From Salpingoeca rosetta (lineage: Eukaryota > Protista > Choanoflagellata): DNA of 64,000 nt. The notes under the pieces are model-generated. The model saw only the letters and a program-made list of their open reading frames with translations, was not told the origin of the DNA and searched no databases. A program made the position numbers and the translations under genes. The stretch spans positions 931,926-995,925 of the forward strand of contig JAWQFM010000022.1 of NCBI GenBank assembly GCA_033442325.1. The letters are read 5' to 3'. Numbering within the stretch: position 1 is the first letter of the stretch; every line of letters begins with the position of its first letter. Below are positions 1-28,175 of the stretch, one piece after another.

Positions 1-3
1 GGG

Positions 4-147
<144 letters not shown>

Positions 148-189
148 ACACAAACACCCATCTCCACCCGCCTCCCATTCTTCTCCCAC

Positions 190-728
190 CCTTCTTTGTG
201 TTGAATTCGCAGTCAGCGACGTCCTTGAGGACAAATGCCGGCTCGTCATCGTCGGGGTCCTTGTACAGCATGAGTGTATCCTCTTGGTACACAACCCACC
301 GCGAACGCCTCTTGCCGTTCTCCTTCACGTCCAGCCACCCTTCCTTGTCCTTCACCACCTCGTAGTCGTCGCGATCAACAAACTTGAGCCGCACGTCCTG
401 TGTCTTTGGGTTGGAGGGGACAGGGGATATGAACCAGTAGTCGCTAGCTCCGCCCTTCTTCCCCCCTTTCCCCTTGGCTTGGCGCCGCGCCTGCAACAGC
501 TGTTCTCGCTGCTGCCGCTGCTGTTGCTGTCGCTGCTGCTGTGCTCTCTTCTTTGCGGCCTTGCTTTTGCCTTTCCCGTTGTCCTGGCCCTGCGCTGATC
601 GCCCGAACGCGCGCGCAAACTGCGCCCTCCTGCAGCACATAGAGGGTGTGTACGATTGATGGGGTGAGGTGAGCCACTGGGAGATGCAGACGGTTGTTGT
701 TGTTTAAGTTGTTGTTGTTGTTGTTTAA

Positions 729-760
<32 letters not shown>

Positions 761-793
761 AGTAGTAGTTGTTGTTGTTGTTGTTGTTGTTGG

Positions 794-851
<58 letters not shown>

Positions 852-1461
852 GCTGGTACTGCTGGTAGTTGCGCCTGCTGGAAACCTCAATGTGAGGACA
901 GGGGCAGAAGTATGCTACTTGTGTGTTTGATGGCATTACGTCAAGCACAGGACACACACGCACGCATGCACACGCACGCACGCAAGCACATACACACAAC
1001 TTCACGTGCTGTCACGTACAGTTGCCTGAACATGATGCGCTCCCACGCCTGTCGAACAGGTCGCATCTGGGGATCGTCCAGCCGCATGTCCTTGGGCAGG
1101 AACCGCTCTCTCGGGGCATCGCCACCGGCAGGCGTGCACACTTCAACGATGGCATACCTGTCACGGACATCATCCGTGCTGCTGTCCTCACCTGAAGATA
1201 TGTGTGGTTGAGGGTGGGGGACGGGAGGGGGCGCGGTGACGACGACGTTGTTGACCGCGATGCGTTGCAGTGATGAGCCAGTGAGGCTCGGAGATTGAGC
1301 GGAGGCGGTGGCAGGAAGACGCGGAGAGAAGAGCACAGAGATACAAGAACAGGGACGCAAGAAGAAGGGCGAACAGAGGGAGGAAGGACACACAACAGAA
1401 ACACACACACACACATCTACACAAACACACGCACACATCTACGCACAAGTGCACACATACA

Positions 1462-1507
<46 letters not shown>

Positions 1508-1967
1508 AGCTTTGAAGGACAGCGGCTTCTGGCCATCCACGTTAATCTCAGCCCAGTCGTCTTGAACTCGCAACATGTGGTCAACAAGATCCTGAATGGT
1601 GGCTGTCTCTGCCATCCGGATGCACCGGCACTCGTCTCCGTTTGCCAGGAAGATCACGGCCTTCACCTGGGCGACACACACGTAATAGGACGTGTTCAGT
1701 TGCACATGTCGCACAACAACATCATGGCACTCACAACACCACACCACACTCACAACGCAGCATCATGGCACTCACACACAACACAACACAACACACAACA
1801 ACAACAACAACAACAACAACAACACACACGCACACACACACACACACACGCAACACCACACCACATCATCTGGCCACACCCACCAAACACACTCTTCTCT
1901 GCTCCTCTTTCTCAGCCGTGCACCCTCCCTTGCTTACCGTGGCCTCCCTTTGCTTTGGAGCAGACAT
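190..1967 (-). CDS. RA (Ras-association, ubiquitin-like) + PH domain adaptor protein, multi-exon, 3' end outside the window
   Basis: Hand-spliced exons 1967-1938 (MSAPKQREAT), 1666-1507 (VKAVIFLANGDECRCIRMAETATIQDLVDHML...), 1191-1020 (...RYAIVEVCTPAGGDAPRERFLPKD...IMFRQL), 629-~190 (KEGWLDVKENGKRRSRWVVYQEDTLMLYKD = PH strands 1-3). GT..AG junctions keep the frame. The TxQDLV / YAIVE / ERxL motifs are typical of RA domains. Confidence 0.7.
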
Positions 1968-3039
1968 GGTCTTGCACCAGGCAGCTACCCAGCAGTGGCC
2001 TTCCCTGCCACCTCCCCTTGCACGTTCGTTTGCAAGCAGGAGCTCAAAGGTTCAGCCCCCTTTGTCGCCGCTGCTGCTTGGTGGGTGTTCCTTCCTGCAG
2101 TGCTGTCTGTATCCTCTCTCCCTTCTTCCTCTCTTTCTTGTCCGTCTTGTTTTCCTGTCTGCCGCCAGTTTTTAAACTGCCGCCGTCTGTCCGTTGGTTC
2201 GGAACGCTGATGCGCGCAACACACCATAAGGCAAGCAAGCAACAAGGCACCTTCTCGCGTCGCCCCAGCGCCTCCCATGACTCGCTCCGCTCGACCCCAC
2301 AACCACGCGCCTGCTTCCCCCCAAGGCCTTCAATCTATCTCCAACAAATGCATGACATGCATAAGGTGGCACGGTGTGGATGCACAAGGTCGGAATCTCC
2401 CGACTCCCCGCACCGCAGAGTGGCACGAAGAACAGGGTGCCTCTGTTCCACACAACAGCCACCCTCGACCGCCCGTGGCTCTTCCCCACCTTCGCTGCTG
2501 ATCCGGCTATGACAACGCATCTGACCCAGCATGCACAGACCACCCTTGTTCATCTACAAGACGGGACGGGGCGCGGAATAGAGCGGATGGCAGTTTGTGC
2601 GGGCAAGTGGAGCCCTTCCACCTGTAGACCTGTACTCCAACCACCAAACCAGCCATCGTCAGATCGTCCGCTGATCGAACAGCAACAACAGCAATGCACA
2701 TCAACGCCAAGGTTCATTCTTCGCCGCTCCGCAGCTCCCCTTCGTTCCCGTGCGTAGCTGATAACCACCATCCAACCACCCATCCACTCCGCTCGAGGAC
2801 AAGCCCACCCACCAGCCAAGCGTCGGCGCTGCAGCTCGCTTCATCCTCCTCCCGACTAATCTATCAACGCCCTAGGTCGCCGAGCAGCACGCCTGCAGCT
2901 GCAAACTGGGTCGAGGCACAGGGAAAGGCAATTCCCTGTATTTGCCGTTGACACCTGCACATGACTTGAAGCAGCACGCACAAGCGCTGTCTCCGCCACG
3001 CCCTGCGTGTTGAAACGGGTAGACGGTTCATCCTGAACC

Positions 3040-10802
<7,763 letters not shown>

Positions 10803-11636
10803 TGACAGTGACAGCGGTGGCGATGGCGATGATGGTAGAGGAAGAAGCGCACGCATGCGCAAGGGCCCCTTGGTTGGTGGTGCAGACTTCTTTGATGCCG
10901 CAAAACTGGCCAAGCTGAGGGATGCGCACGCAAAGGCGCTGCGGGAACGTGCACCAACAGCGGCGTCCATGATGAAGATGGCCACGATCATGGCCACGAT
11001 GGAGCGGCAGGACCGCGCTCGCTCGCGTGCTGCGCACACAACGGCACACGGACGCACAGCACCATCTCAGGTGCCGACTGCCTCAACAGGGGAGAATTTG
11101 GTGGGAAACAGGAGCTCGCCAGCACCGTCGTCCCCACCGCCGCTGAGAGAACAGCGCAGCAGTGGCGGACGCGAGAGTGGCATGAGCAGTGGTGTGGCGT
11201 CTCCGTCCGAAGACAGGGCGGCTCGCACAGGGACGCAGGTCAATGTAGACAACAGGAGTGGTTGCGGTGAGGGCGACCGCAGCTCATCGCCAGGTACCGC
11301 TGTTTCCGCGCCCAGCACCGCATTGACCACCGCAACCACCACTCGCGCCAACTCACGATCATCCATCTCCATGGCATCATCGTCATCATCGCCGCCACCG
11401 TTGCCATCGTCAGCATCGTCATCGTCGGTGTTGTCGACCTCGTCGACTGTTCGCGAGATGACGCGAGAAGAGCTCTTCCGCTTCATTGACCGCCGCACAA
11501 GCAGGCGCCTCGGTACGTACGCATGCGTGTGTGTGTGTGTGTGTGTGTCTGCCTGTCTGTGCCTGTGTCTGTTTGTGTCTGTGTGTGTGTCTGTGTCTGT
11601 TTGTGTCTGTGTATGCATTCGTGGCCCTTTCAAACT

Positions 11637-11708
11637 CACATGCGTGTGTTCACACTTGCCTATCGTGACAGCTACCAAACAAGACGGCAACCTTCGCAAC
11701 ACATGACA

Positions 11709-11744
<36 letters not shown>

Positions 11745-11990
11745 TGTGTGTGTGTGTGTCCTAATCAGATACGCGGTCGGACGATGGGGAGATGTAACCG
11801 AGGTCCTCAATACTCAACACATAGGGGCAGTACCTTAGCTTAGAGAAGAAACAGTACTCTCGACAAGATACGCCTTTTGGTCCTATTGGGGTCTGTCCTA
11901 TTGCCACCTCACATGCGTGTGTCCACACTAGCCTTGGTAACAGCTACCAAACAAGACGCCAAACTTCGAAACACATGAAAATATGGAGGT
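11637..11990 (+). repeat. Imperfect ~75-bp direct repeat (11637-11712 and ~11910-11990) flanking (GT)n and an atypical spacer
   Basis: cacatgcgtgtgttcacacttgcc..acagctaccaaacaagacggcaaccttcgcaacacatgacaatatg vs cacatgcgtgtgtccacactagcc..acagctaccaaacaagacgccaaacttcgaaacacatgaaaatatg. Confidence 0.75.
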
Positions 11991-12362
11991 GAGTGTGTGT
12001 GTGTGTGTGTGTGTATGTGTGTGTGTGTGTGTCATGTGCATACCCAGCTTAGACCCTTAACTCCATTCGTTTCGGTTCGGTTCCAGCAGTGATCATAAAC
12101 CATGTGTCCCGTCCACTTGGTGTCAATAGCATCGTTTACATCATTCATCATCACAATACAAGCAGCAGCAATCATAAAGGGGGGAGGATGTGGGCGTAAT
12201 ATCAACAGCAATGCTAGCTAGTGTGTGTGTGTGTGTGTGTGTGTGGTATCAAGGAAAGGAAGAAGGATATGACAGCACGGAAACACAGACACAAGGGAAA
12301 CTGGGAGAAGTACATGCATCTACAATGGACTTTAGGCATACGCGTGCACACACGCACGCGTG

Positions 12363-14141
<1,779 letters not shown>

Positions 14142-14225
14142 GATGCCAGCCGGCTGTCTGTCTGAGAGTGCTGGACGGACGGACGGACGTGTGTGTGTGT
14201 TCTTTTGGTTCGTTGGACGATGATC

Positions 14226-14258
<33 letters not shown>

Positions 14259-14988
14259 GTCGGTCGCCTCAGGCGGGTGGGTGGGTTGCGTGCGCGGACA
14301 AACCACAAACCAAGGCAGCGCGGTCGTTTTTTTGGCTTGTGGTTTGCAGGCAAGAAGCAGCGTGTTTTCGCAAATCCGGATAGTTTATGCTGTCGGTGAA
14401 TGTATGTTCTTGAAGCTCTTACTCCAAATCCTACCGACTCGTCACACGCGCTTCAACGCACTTCAACGCGCTTCAAGGCCGCCTGGACCTGTGACGAACG
14501 CTGTGTCCCTTCTGTTTGCGCGCCACGAAAGAGGAGTGCTCAGCACAGCAGCACAGCAACACGTCGTCGTCATGCCGGTTACATCAGCGCTCGTCAGAGA
14601 GAGAAAAACAACAACGGCTGCGATCACCAGCAGTTTTGTTGTCCTCCAATACAAGTTGCGACGCCACAAACACTGCAAGCAGCAAAGCAGCAAAGCAAGC
14701 AAAGCAGCAAAGCAGCAAAGCAGCAAAGCAGGTGCGTCGCCGTGTGAGTGTTGGAATCCACGGCGGATACGTGTTACATGACCACACTTACTGCTCCAGT
14801 CGGTTTGTCCTCTTCATTGCCCTTTGTGCTGGCTTTCTTCCATCTGTGATCAATCTCACATCCACTTTGACAACACCGTTGAACGTCTTTCCTTCAACAA
14901 ATCCTTCCTATTTCTCCCACTCCAAAGCAAGCCAACGAGCCTTCTCCAAGCAGCTACCAAGGACAAAGGAATCAGGGTAACAGCCACA

Positions 14989-15822
14989 ATGGGAGGCAAG
15001 GATCAGGAGCAAGCCGTTTCGATTGAGATGCCCGAAGTTGGCAAACAACAAAGCGGCAATGCGGGCAGTGCGTCTCAGTCCTCCTCCAGCGGCTGCTTGG
15101 CGGCGCATCCTGTGATTGCAGCCATCGCTGTCATGCTGGTGGTGAGTGCTGCCGTTGCCGTACCCCTTGCCGTCGTTTATGGCAGTGAGGATGACAATGG
15201 CACAGCTGCCGCCAAGGCCTTTCAAGCCTCCGCCTCGCAATGCGCAACTCAGGTGTGTGTGTGTGTGTGCGTATCTACGTGCGCGCACTCCAGCGCCCCC
15301 ATTCCCTTGATAGCTGATGAGCTCATGATGCTTTGACCTTGCTGTCATCCTGTTCCTCCAGTGCTTACTCACCTCAACTGTTGTTTGTTGCGATCTTTGC
15401 GGTGTTCAGTATGTCAGCAACCTGACGGCTTTCGGCACGTGTGTCGTGCAGCTGGGCCATCATGTCAACCTGATGAGCACGACGGATCTCACCGCCTGCG
15501 TGCAGGGCTGTCCCATGGCCAATGCTACATGCCTGTAAGTCCACCACACAGCAAGGGACTCGCTCACCAAACTTGCTTGCTCGCAGGCCCGTGCTTGCAG
15601 GCAAATGAAGCATAGCCCTTGTTCCACAGCGCTTGCCCCACTTCCAGCCACCCCAACCAACACACGTGCACTCACGTACGCCTCTCTCGCGGTACACCAT
15701 AATCTCAGGTCTCGGTGCGCATACATGACCAGCGACTTTGCGGAAACAACCACCACCACCACAGCTACCTCGGCAACAACGGCAGCGACCACAACGGCAA
15801 CAACAACAACAACAGCAGCAGC

Positions 15823-15889
<67 letters not shown>

Positions 15890-15903
15890 GCAGCAGCAGC
15901 AGC

Positions 15904-15953
<50 letters not shown>

Positions 15954-17068
15954 CGCAAGCCTGCCCAACATTGGCAACTCCCACGGCAGAGCTGACGAAT
16001 GGGGATCACATCATGTTCACTGTGATTGGTATCGACACTGGCAACACCATCCGATGCGTTGCGCTGCGGAGCAACCCTGCTGCAATGTACGAGAACCTCA
16101 CGTCGTCCGAGAACGACTTTTGGAGCATCGCGCTCTCAAATGGCACGTACGGGGCTGATTACGCTGCTTTGGAAGCCGCTTCGGAAACAGGAGTTAACGT
16201 CAGCGTAACAACCGGCCAGCTGGACGGCGCATTCACTCACGTGTGCAGCGCGCGCCCCTCTGACAGCACCCAACTGTGCCCACTCATTGCCACAGACCCG
16301 CCTTCCACCGCCCCCTGCTTTCCTGGCTGGGCCGAGGTCATCTTGGAGAGTGGAGAGCGTGTGCAGCTGCGCGACCTCAAGACTGGCGACCATGTGCTGT
16401 GCTTGTCGGCTTCGAACGGCAACAGCCTGGCCTACTGCGACATGAAGACATTCATCAACGTCCAGCACAACAAGACCAGCCCCTTTGTGGAGCTGCACTA
16501 CACGGACAAGGACGGTAACGCCAGTGTGCTCACCTCGACCCCCGACCACTTCATCTTTCGCGCTGGCGAGGATGTGGATGTGTCCAACGCATCCACCACC
16601 AAGCCCGCCGGCGACTTCATATTTGCAGAGGACTTTGTTGTTGGCGACCGCCTTGTGCGCTACGACGACGCCGGCTTTGTGTACACCGTCGCCATCACCA
16701 GCATCACGGAGACGACGTACAATGAGTTCTACTCGCCCGTCACCAACGACGGCTCCACGCTGTTTGTGGACGACGTGTTTGCGTCCTCTTTTGCCTTCCT
16801 CGCATCCGCGGAGGCCCTGCGCAAGCTGAACGCCCCAATCTGGCAGAACGACGACGCCCGCTTCAGCGTGCCCACCCCTGGCAGTGACTTCCCTGTTGGC
16901 CTACACCCATTTGTGGCGGAGCGCGCCCGCCTCATTGTCCAGGCAAACGTCAGCGACAAGACGATTGACTTTGGCGGCCTTCTTGGCTACATTGGCCAGA
17001 AGCTTGCGCAAGGCCACATCTTCTCCGAGCAAGAGATGCTCGACCTCATTCCCACTTACATCAGCTAA
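14989..17068 (+). CDS. Type II membrane protein with Cys-rich region, Thr-rich mucin stalk and C-terminal Hedgehog-type Hint/Hog autoprocessing domain
   Basis: Exons 14989-15252, 15410-15534, 15709-17068 in frame. TM segment VIAAIAVMLVVSAAVAVPLAVVY; poly-Thr ~15746-15953; Hint starts CFPGWAEVILESGERVQLRDLKTGDHV (Cys codon 16316), block B TPDH, C-terminal YSPVTNDGSTLFVDDVFASSF. Confidence 0.9.
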
Positions 17069-17085
17069 CTCTGTGCGTGCGTGCG

Positions 17086-17135
<50 letters not shown>

Positions 17136-17886
17136 TGGGTGTGTGTGGGTGTGTGGGTGTGGGTGTGGGTGTGGCGTCCTTTCATCAGTTTCATCATTCA
17201 TGGAAATGCGTACACCAAAGACCTGCGGCTTGTCTGCTTTCGTACATTTTCAAACTTCCTTCCAGTGCATGTCCACTTGCGCTTCCACCCAGACAATGTA
17301 TTCGCTCTTCCCCAGTTTGCATGCATGCGAACAAGATTGTTCGGTGATGACATGAGTTCTTTGAACCTTTGAGTCATCCTCAGCCTCTGTTGCTGTCTGT
17401 TGTCCCGTTGTGTGCTTCTTTTGTCTCTCCCGTTAACATCAAACACACCACAACTATGGACGCCGCACGACCCCTGCCTGCCTCTGTCACGAACGAGCGT
17501 TTATGCTTGATGAGTGCTGGAGTGAGTGGAGGAGTGGGCCACTTGCATACGCAGTTGTACTCCAGCAGGGAGGACAGAGGGAAAAGGCCACACAGAGCAA
17601 ACAGGGGAACAACAAGAAAGAACAACGATGCACGTGCGCGCATTGCAAAATCACAGGCGAGCACGGACAGCAGGAAAAGCAAGAACATACTTCGCATGGC
17701 GAAACAGGTGGTGCAGCACGCAAATGCAATAGCCGTCCAGACGAACACATGCGAGTACGATGGGCAGGCGGATGAGGTCTTGTGTGAAACAAATAAGCAA
17801 CAAATTGCGCGTTACATGCATGCCAAAGCACTCACATATGCACGAGCAAAGTCACCGACAATAACAACACGACAACATGTGCGCGG

Positions 17887-19807
17887 CTAAAGTGAAACGG
17901 GTGGGTCCCGAGCTTGCGCTTCAGGGCCAACACCACCACGATGTTCGCTCGGGTCAAAATCATCGTCAAACTCGCCATCGACGGGCTCCAGCTCAAAGTA
18001 ATACTGCGTGGTTGTGGTGGTGTGGTAGACGGGGGCCTGTGGGGACACCAGCGATGCCGGGCTGGTCGAGAGTGCAGCGCTGGAGGGGTCGGTTTCCACC
18101 AGCACCAGCCTGCTTCCGTGCATACGGCTGCCGGTGCTGCCGCCTGTGGTGTTGGGCGTTGCAATTGCGCTACTCGTCACATCGGACGAGGCAACAAACT
18201 GCGTCTGCAGGTGTTCGTACTCGTGCTCATCGGGTACGTATCTGCTGCGGCTTGGACTCAGCACCTCTGTTCCAACCAGGCGCGTGCTGGACCCCACGGT
18301 GCTCGGCGACAGCCTCTCGTGTGAGTGTGGTGGCGCCGGTGCTGCGTTTGAATGCTGCCGTGCATGCGGCTGCTGTGCGTAGTCTTGCTGCAAAAGCAGC
18401 TGGCTATCCCCTGTGCCACTGACACCACTCACATCATGCACCGTTGACGGGGACGGCTGGGGCTGTGGAGACCCCCACGAATGGGTCCAGCTCGTATCAG
18501 CACTCGAGTTTACCTGTCGCACAAGCGTGCTCTGCAACGCGTTTGCATGTGGAACAGAGGGGGATGGTTGAGAGGGTGTGTGAGAGGGTGTGTGTGTGTG
18601 AGGGTGTATGTGTATGTGTGTGTGTGTGAGGATGTGTGTGAGGATGTGTGTGAGAATGTGTGTGTGAGCGTGAACATGAATGCGAGTGTCGTGAACATGA
18701 ATGGGAGTGGTGTGCAAGGTTAAGAGGTTAAGAGTGAATGTGTACTTTGTGTTGAGAAGCCGTGCATCTTTACATGTGCACTTGCAAAAAAGCTGTTCGG
18801 ATGTTGGTAAGCCACAAGGATGCGTGACTGTAGGTCATTGACCTATTGGCGAGCACTGCACGGCCAAGCAGCATGGAGCAGGCTTACCACTGGTCGGATG
18901 TCAAGCCGCAAGACAACACCATTGAGGTCACTTGCGCCCTTGGGTGTGCTGCATGTTCACAAGTTCCGAGCAGAGTGAACAAGCGCATGAGTGCAGGAAA
19001 GACAGCGGTGGAGCAGCTCAGCTAACATGCTGTCCATGCCTGCTCGGGACAACAGACGTCAAGACCCGCCATTCACTGACACGCTGATACACCTGCACAG
19101 TGCACAACAACATTGATGCAAACCACAATGGGACATCGATTGCCAGCCCAGTCCACAAGACAACTAAACAACGCAAAAGACAAAAAGAAACAACAAGCCA
19201 TTGCATTCTCGATTGCTTGGCGCACTCCACCGTCGTCGGCAAACCTGTAATAGGCGATGAGATCGGGCAGAGAGGAGAACGCATGCCTGGAATACTCGAC
19301 ATGGTATGCGCCATCGTCGCTGCGGCGTTTGATCAGATACTCTCGTGGTGTGCCAGCCTCGCTGCAGTTATGTGTGTGCGCGTATGTGCGTATGTGTGTG
19401 TGTGTGAGTGCGTATGTGTATGTAAGTGTGAGTGAGTGTGAGTGTGAGTGAGCGAGAGTGTGAGTGAGCGAGAGTGAGTGAGCGAGAGTGTGTTGTTACA
19501 TATGTGCGTGTGACATGAAGACTGCGTACACATGCTTGTTCCAGCCAGGTCTTCCCATCCCATCCCCCATCGCACATCACAGCCACACACCATCATCAAC
19601 TTCCTCGCTTCCATCACCACCACCACAACAACAACAGGAACGGTACCTGAGACACAGGACGAAGCAGCCTGGGTATGTGCCACTTGACCTCACGCCAAAC
19701 ACGCCCTCCGTCTGCTCTGAGATCAGGTCCAAGACGGCCTGCCTTGATGCCAGTGGGTACATCCATGCAGCGCGGCTCAGCAGCGCTTGCTCTTCCTCGT
19801 TGGCCAT
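17887..19807 (-). CDS. SH2-domain adaptor with disordered, tyrosine-motif-bearing C-terminal tail
   Basis: Spliced exons read WMYPLASRQAVLDLISEQTEGVFGVRSSGTYPGCFVLCL / SEAGTPREYLIKRRSDDGAYHVEYSRHAFSSLPDLIAYYS / TPKGASDLNGVVLRL, a full SH2 pattern; last exon ~18531-17887 is S/T/P-rich with YVPD, YEHL, YYFEL. Confidence 0.8.
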
Positions 19808-19845
19808 GGATGAGGTTGTCGAGGGGTGTTGGATTGCTCTTGCTC

Positions 19846-26262
<6,417 letters not shown>

Positions 26263-26388
26263 CGTCAGTGTCTTGTTCGTGTCTCTTGTGCTCGTTGCAG
26301 TTGATTTTACCAACACACGCTGATTTTGCCCACTCTTGGGTGACTTTTGCCACAACGGGTTTTGCCAACTGCCGTTGTCTGTTGTTGG

Positions 26389-26555
26389 ATGGCGGAGGAC
26401 AGTGGCGGCGATGGTGGTGGTGGCAGGCGTCATGGTGATGCCACTGCCGTCATGACAAGGCGCAGCGCGTACGTGCGGCTGCTTGGCATCCATGTGCAAC
26501 TCCTCAAGCCGTTCCTAGAAGGCCGAGGCGTAGGCAGCACTGGAAGTACGAAAGC

Positions 26556-26626
<71 letters not shown>

Positions 26627-27414
26627 CATTGCGTACACTCGCTACAAACACGCACGCACACACACTTCCTGTACTTGCTCCTCATATGCTTGTTGCTTTC
26701 TTTGTGTGTGCATTGCCAATTCGAGGTGGTGGCAATGGCCTTTGTTTGCCAAATGGACGCCACGTGCGGTTGGCCATGCTCGCTGGAATCGTGACGGAAG
26801 TCGACAAAGGAACCCACTTTGTCGCCTACAAAGGTGCTGCTGTATGCGCTTGCTTTTGTGTGTGTCTGTGTGTTTCTGTGTGTATGTGTGTTTACTTCGA
26901 TTTGGGATGGATTTCATTGGTGCTGGAGTTGTGGCGCATGTGTCTCTGTCTCCAATGTCCTTGTTGATTGAACATACACACACACACTTTCTCTTTGTCC
27001 CCTCCCCCGCCTGTCATCAAAATCATGTTTTGTCGCCTTTGCATGAAAAGTGGACGATGGGACGGCAGAGGTGCCCTGCATCGTCTGGCGACGGGTATGA
27101 TGTGTGGTGGGGATGGTGTGCTAACACTGGACCCATGATATGGTTTCTCTGCTTGAACTGGTCCTTGCCTTCCTATTTGACATCTGACTACTTCTGCTCA
27201 TGCTCGAGCTCTGAACGCACGCATAGGCATCCCCTCATCTTCCACTCACACACACACACACACACTCACTCTCACTCACTCTGTCTCTCTCTGTCTCTCT
27301 CTCTGTCTCTCTCTGTCTCTCTGTCTGTCTGTCTCTCTCTCTCTCTCTGTCACTCACTCACTCACTCACTCACTCACTCACTCACTCACTCACTCACTCA
27401 CTCACATACACACA

Positions 27415-27481
<67 letters not shown>

Positions 27482-27765
27482 ACACACACACACACCGCCT
27501 CGTTCTTGTCAGGATGAGAGCGAGCGGCACGCACGGTTCAACCTGGAGTTGGGATGCCACGTGCTCGCGTGGGGCGCCGTCACCGTGTTTCGCGGCAAAC
27601 GCCAGCTCACCACCCACGGCATCAGTGAGTGAGGGCAGTGTGAGGGAAATGGCTAAGTGTGCGTGTGATGTCTCTGCTATCGTAGCGTGCTTTGTGGCCG
27701 GCATGTAGATGCCTGGCTATCAAGCGCACGGAAGCATACACACATGCATCATGGATGTACGACGC

Positions 27766-27832
<67 letters not shown>

Positions 27833-27981
27833 CATACACACACACACACACACAACGCACACATACAACACACACTCACACACTCACACACGTCCCAGGC
27901 GAAATCACGGCAGTGGAAGAGGCAGTGCACTGGGCAGAGGCGATGGCAGCCGTGCCCGCGCACACACTGCAGCCATTGTGA
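26389..27981 (+). CDS. STN1: STN1 (CST complex) OB-fold protein, short form without winged-helix domains
   Basis: Spliced peptides YVRLLGIHVQLL / NGRHVRLAMLAGIVTEVDKGTHFVAYK / VDDGTAEVPCIVW / LELGCHVLAWGAVTVFRGKRQL / EEAVHWAEAM..QPL*. This is the Stn1/RPA2 OB-fold pattern; the terminal ExxHW helix favours Stn1. Confidence 0.7.
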
Positions 27982-28175
27982 GCATGTGTTGCGAGACCAC
28001 TCACTTTGTTGTGCAACCTCCCTTTTTTGACTGGTCGCCATTAAAAGTGCAACGAATCCACCTGCAACACTATCGTCATCAAGCGCAACAGCACACAACA
28101 GCTGAAGCAAGCAACAAACAAAGACACCCCATATCACAGCATCACGGCACACAAGAAGCAAAGCAAGCAAGCAAG

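Noticed and set aside
692-860. PolyQ/polyN ORFs (352..1005, 444..890)
   Set aside because: Splicing 1020 to 629 keeps the RA-PH frame, so this (CAA)n tract is intronic.
16316-16800. Self-splicing intein or true hedgehog gene
   Set aside because: No terminal His-Asn plus nucleophile or endonuclease as in inteins, and no Hedge signalling domain upstream.
17369-17890. 173-aa plus-strand ORF
   Set aside because: No motifs; lies between the converging 3' ends of the Hint and SH2 genes, probably UTR or intergenic.
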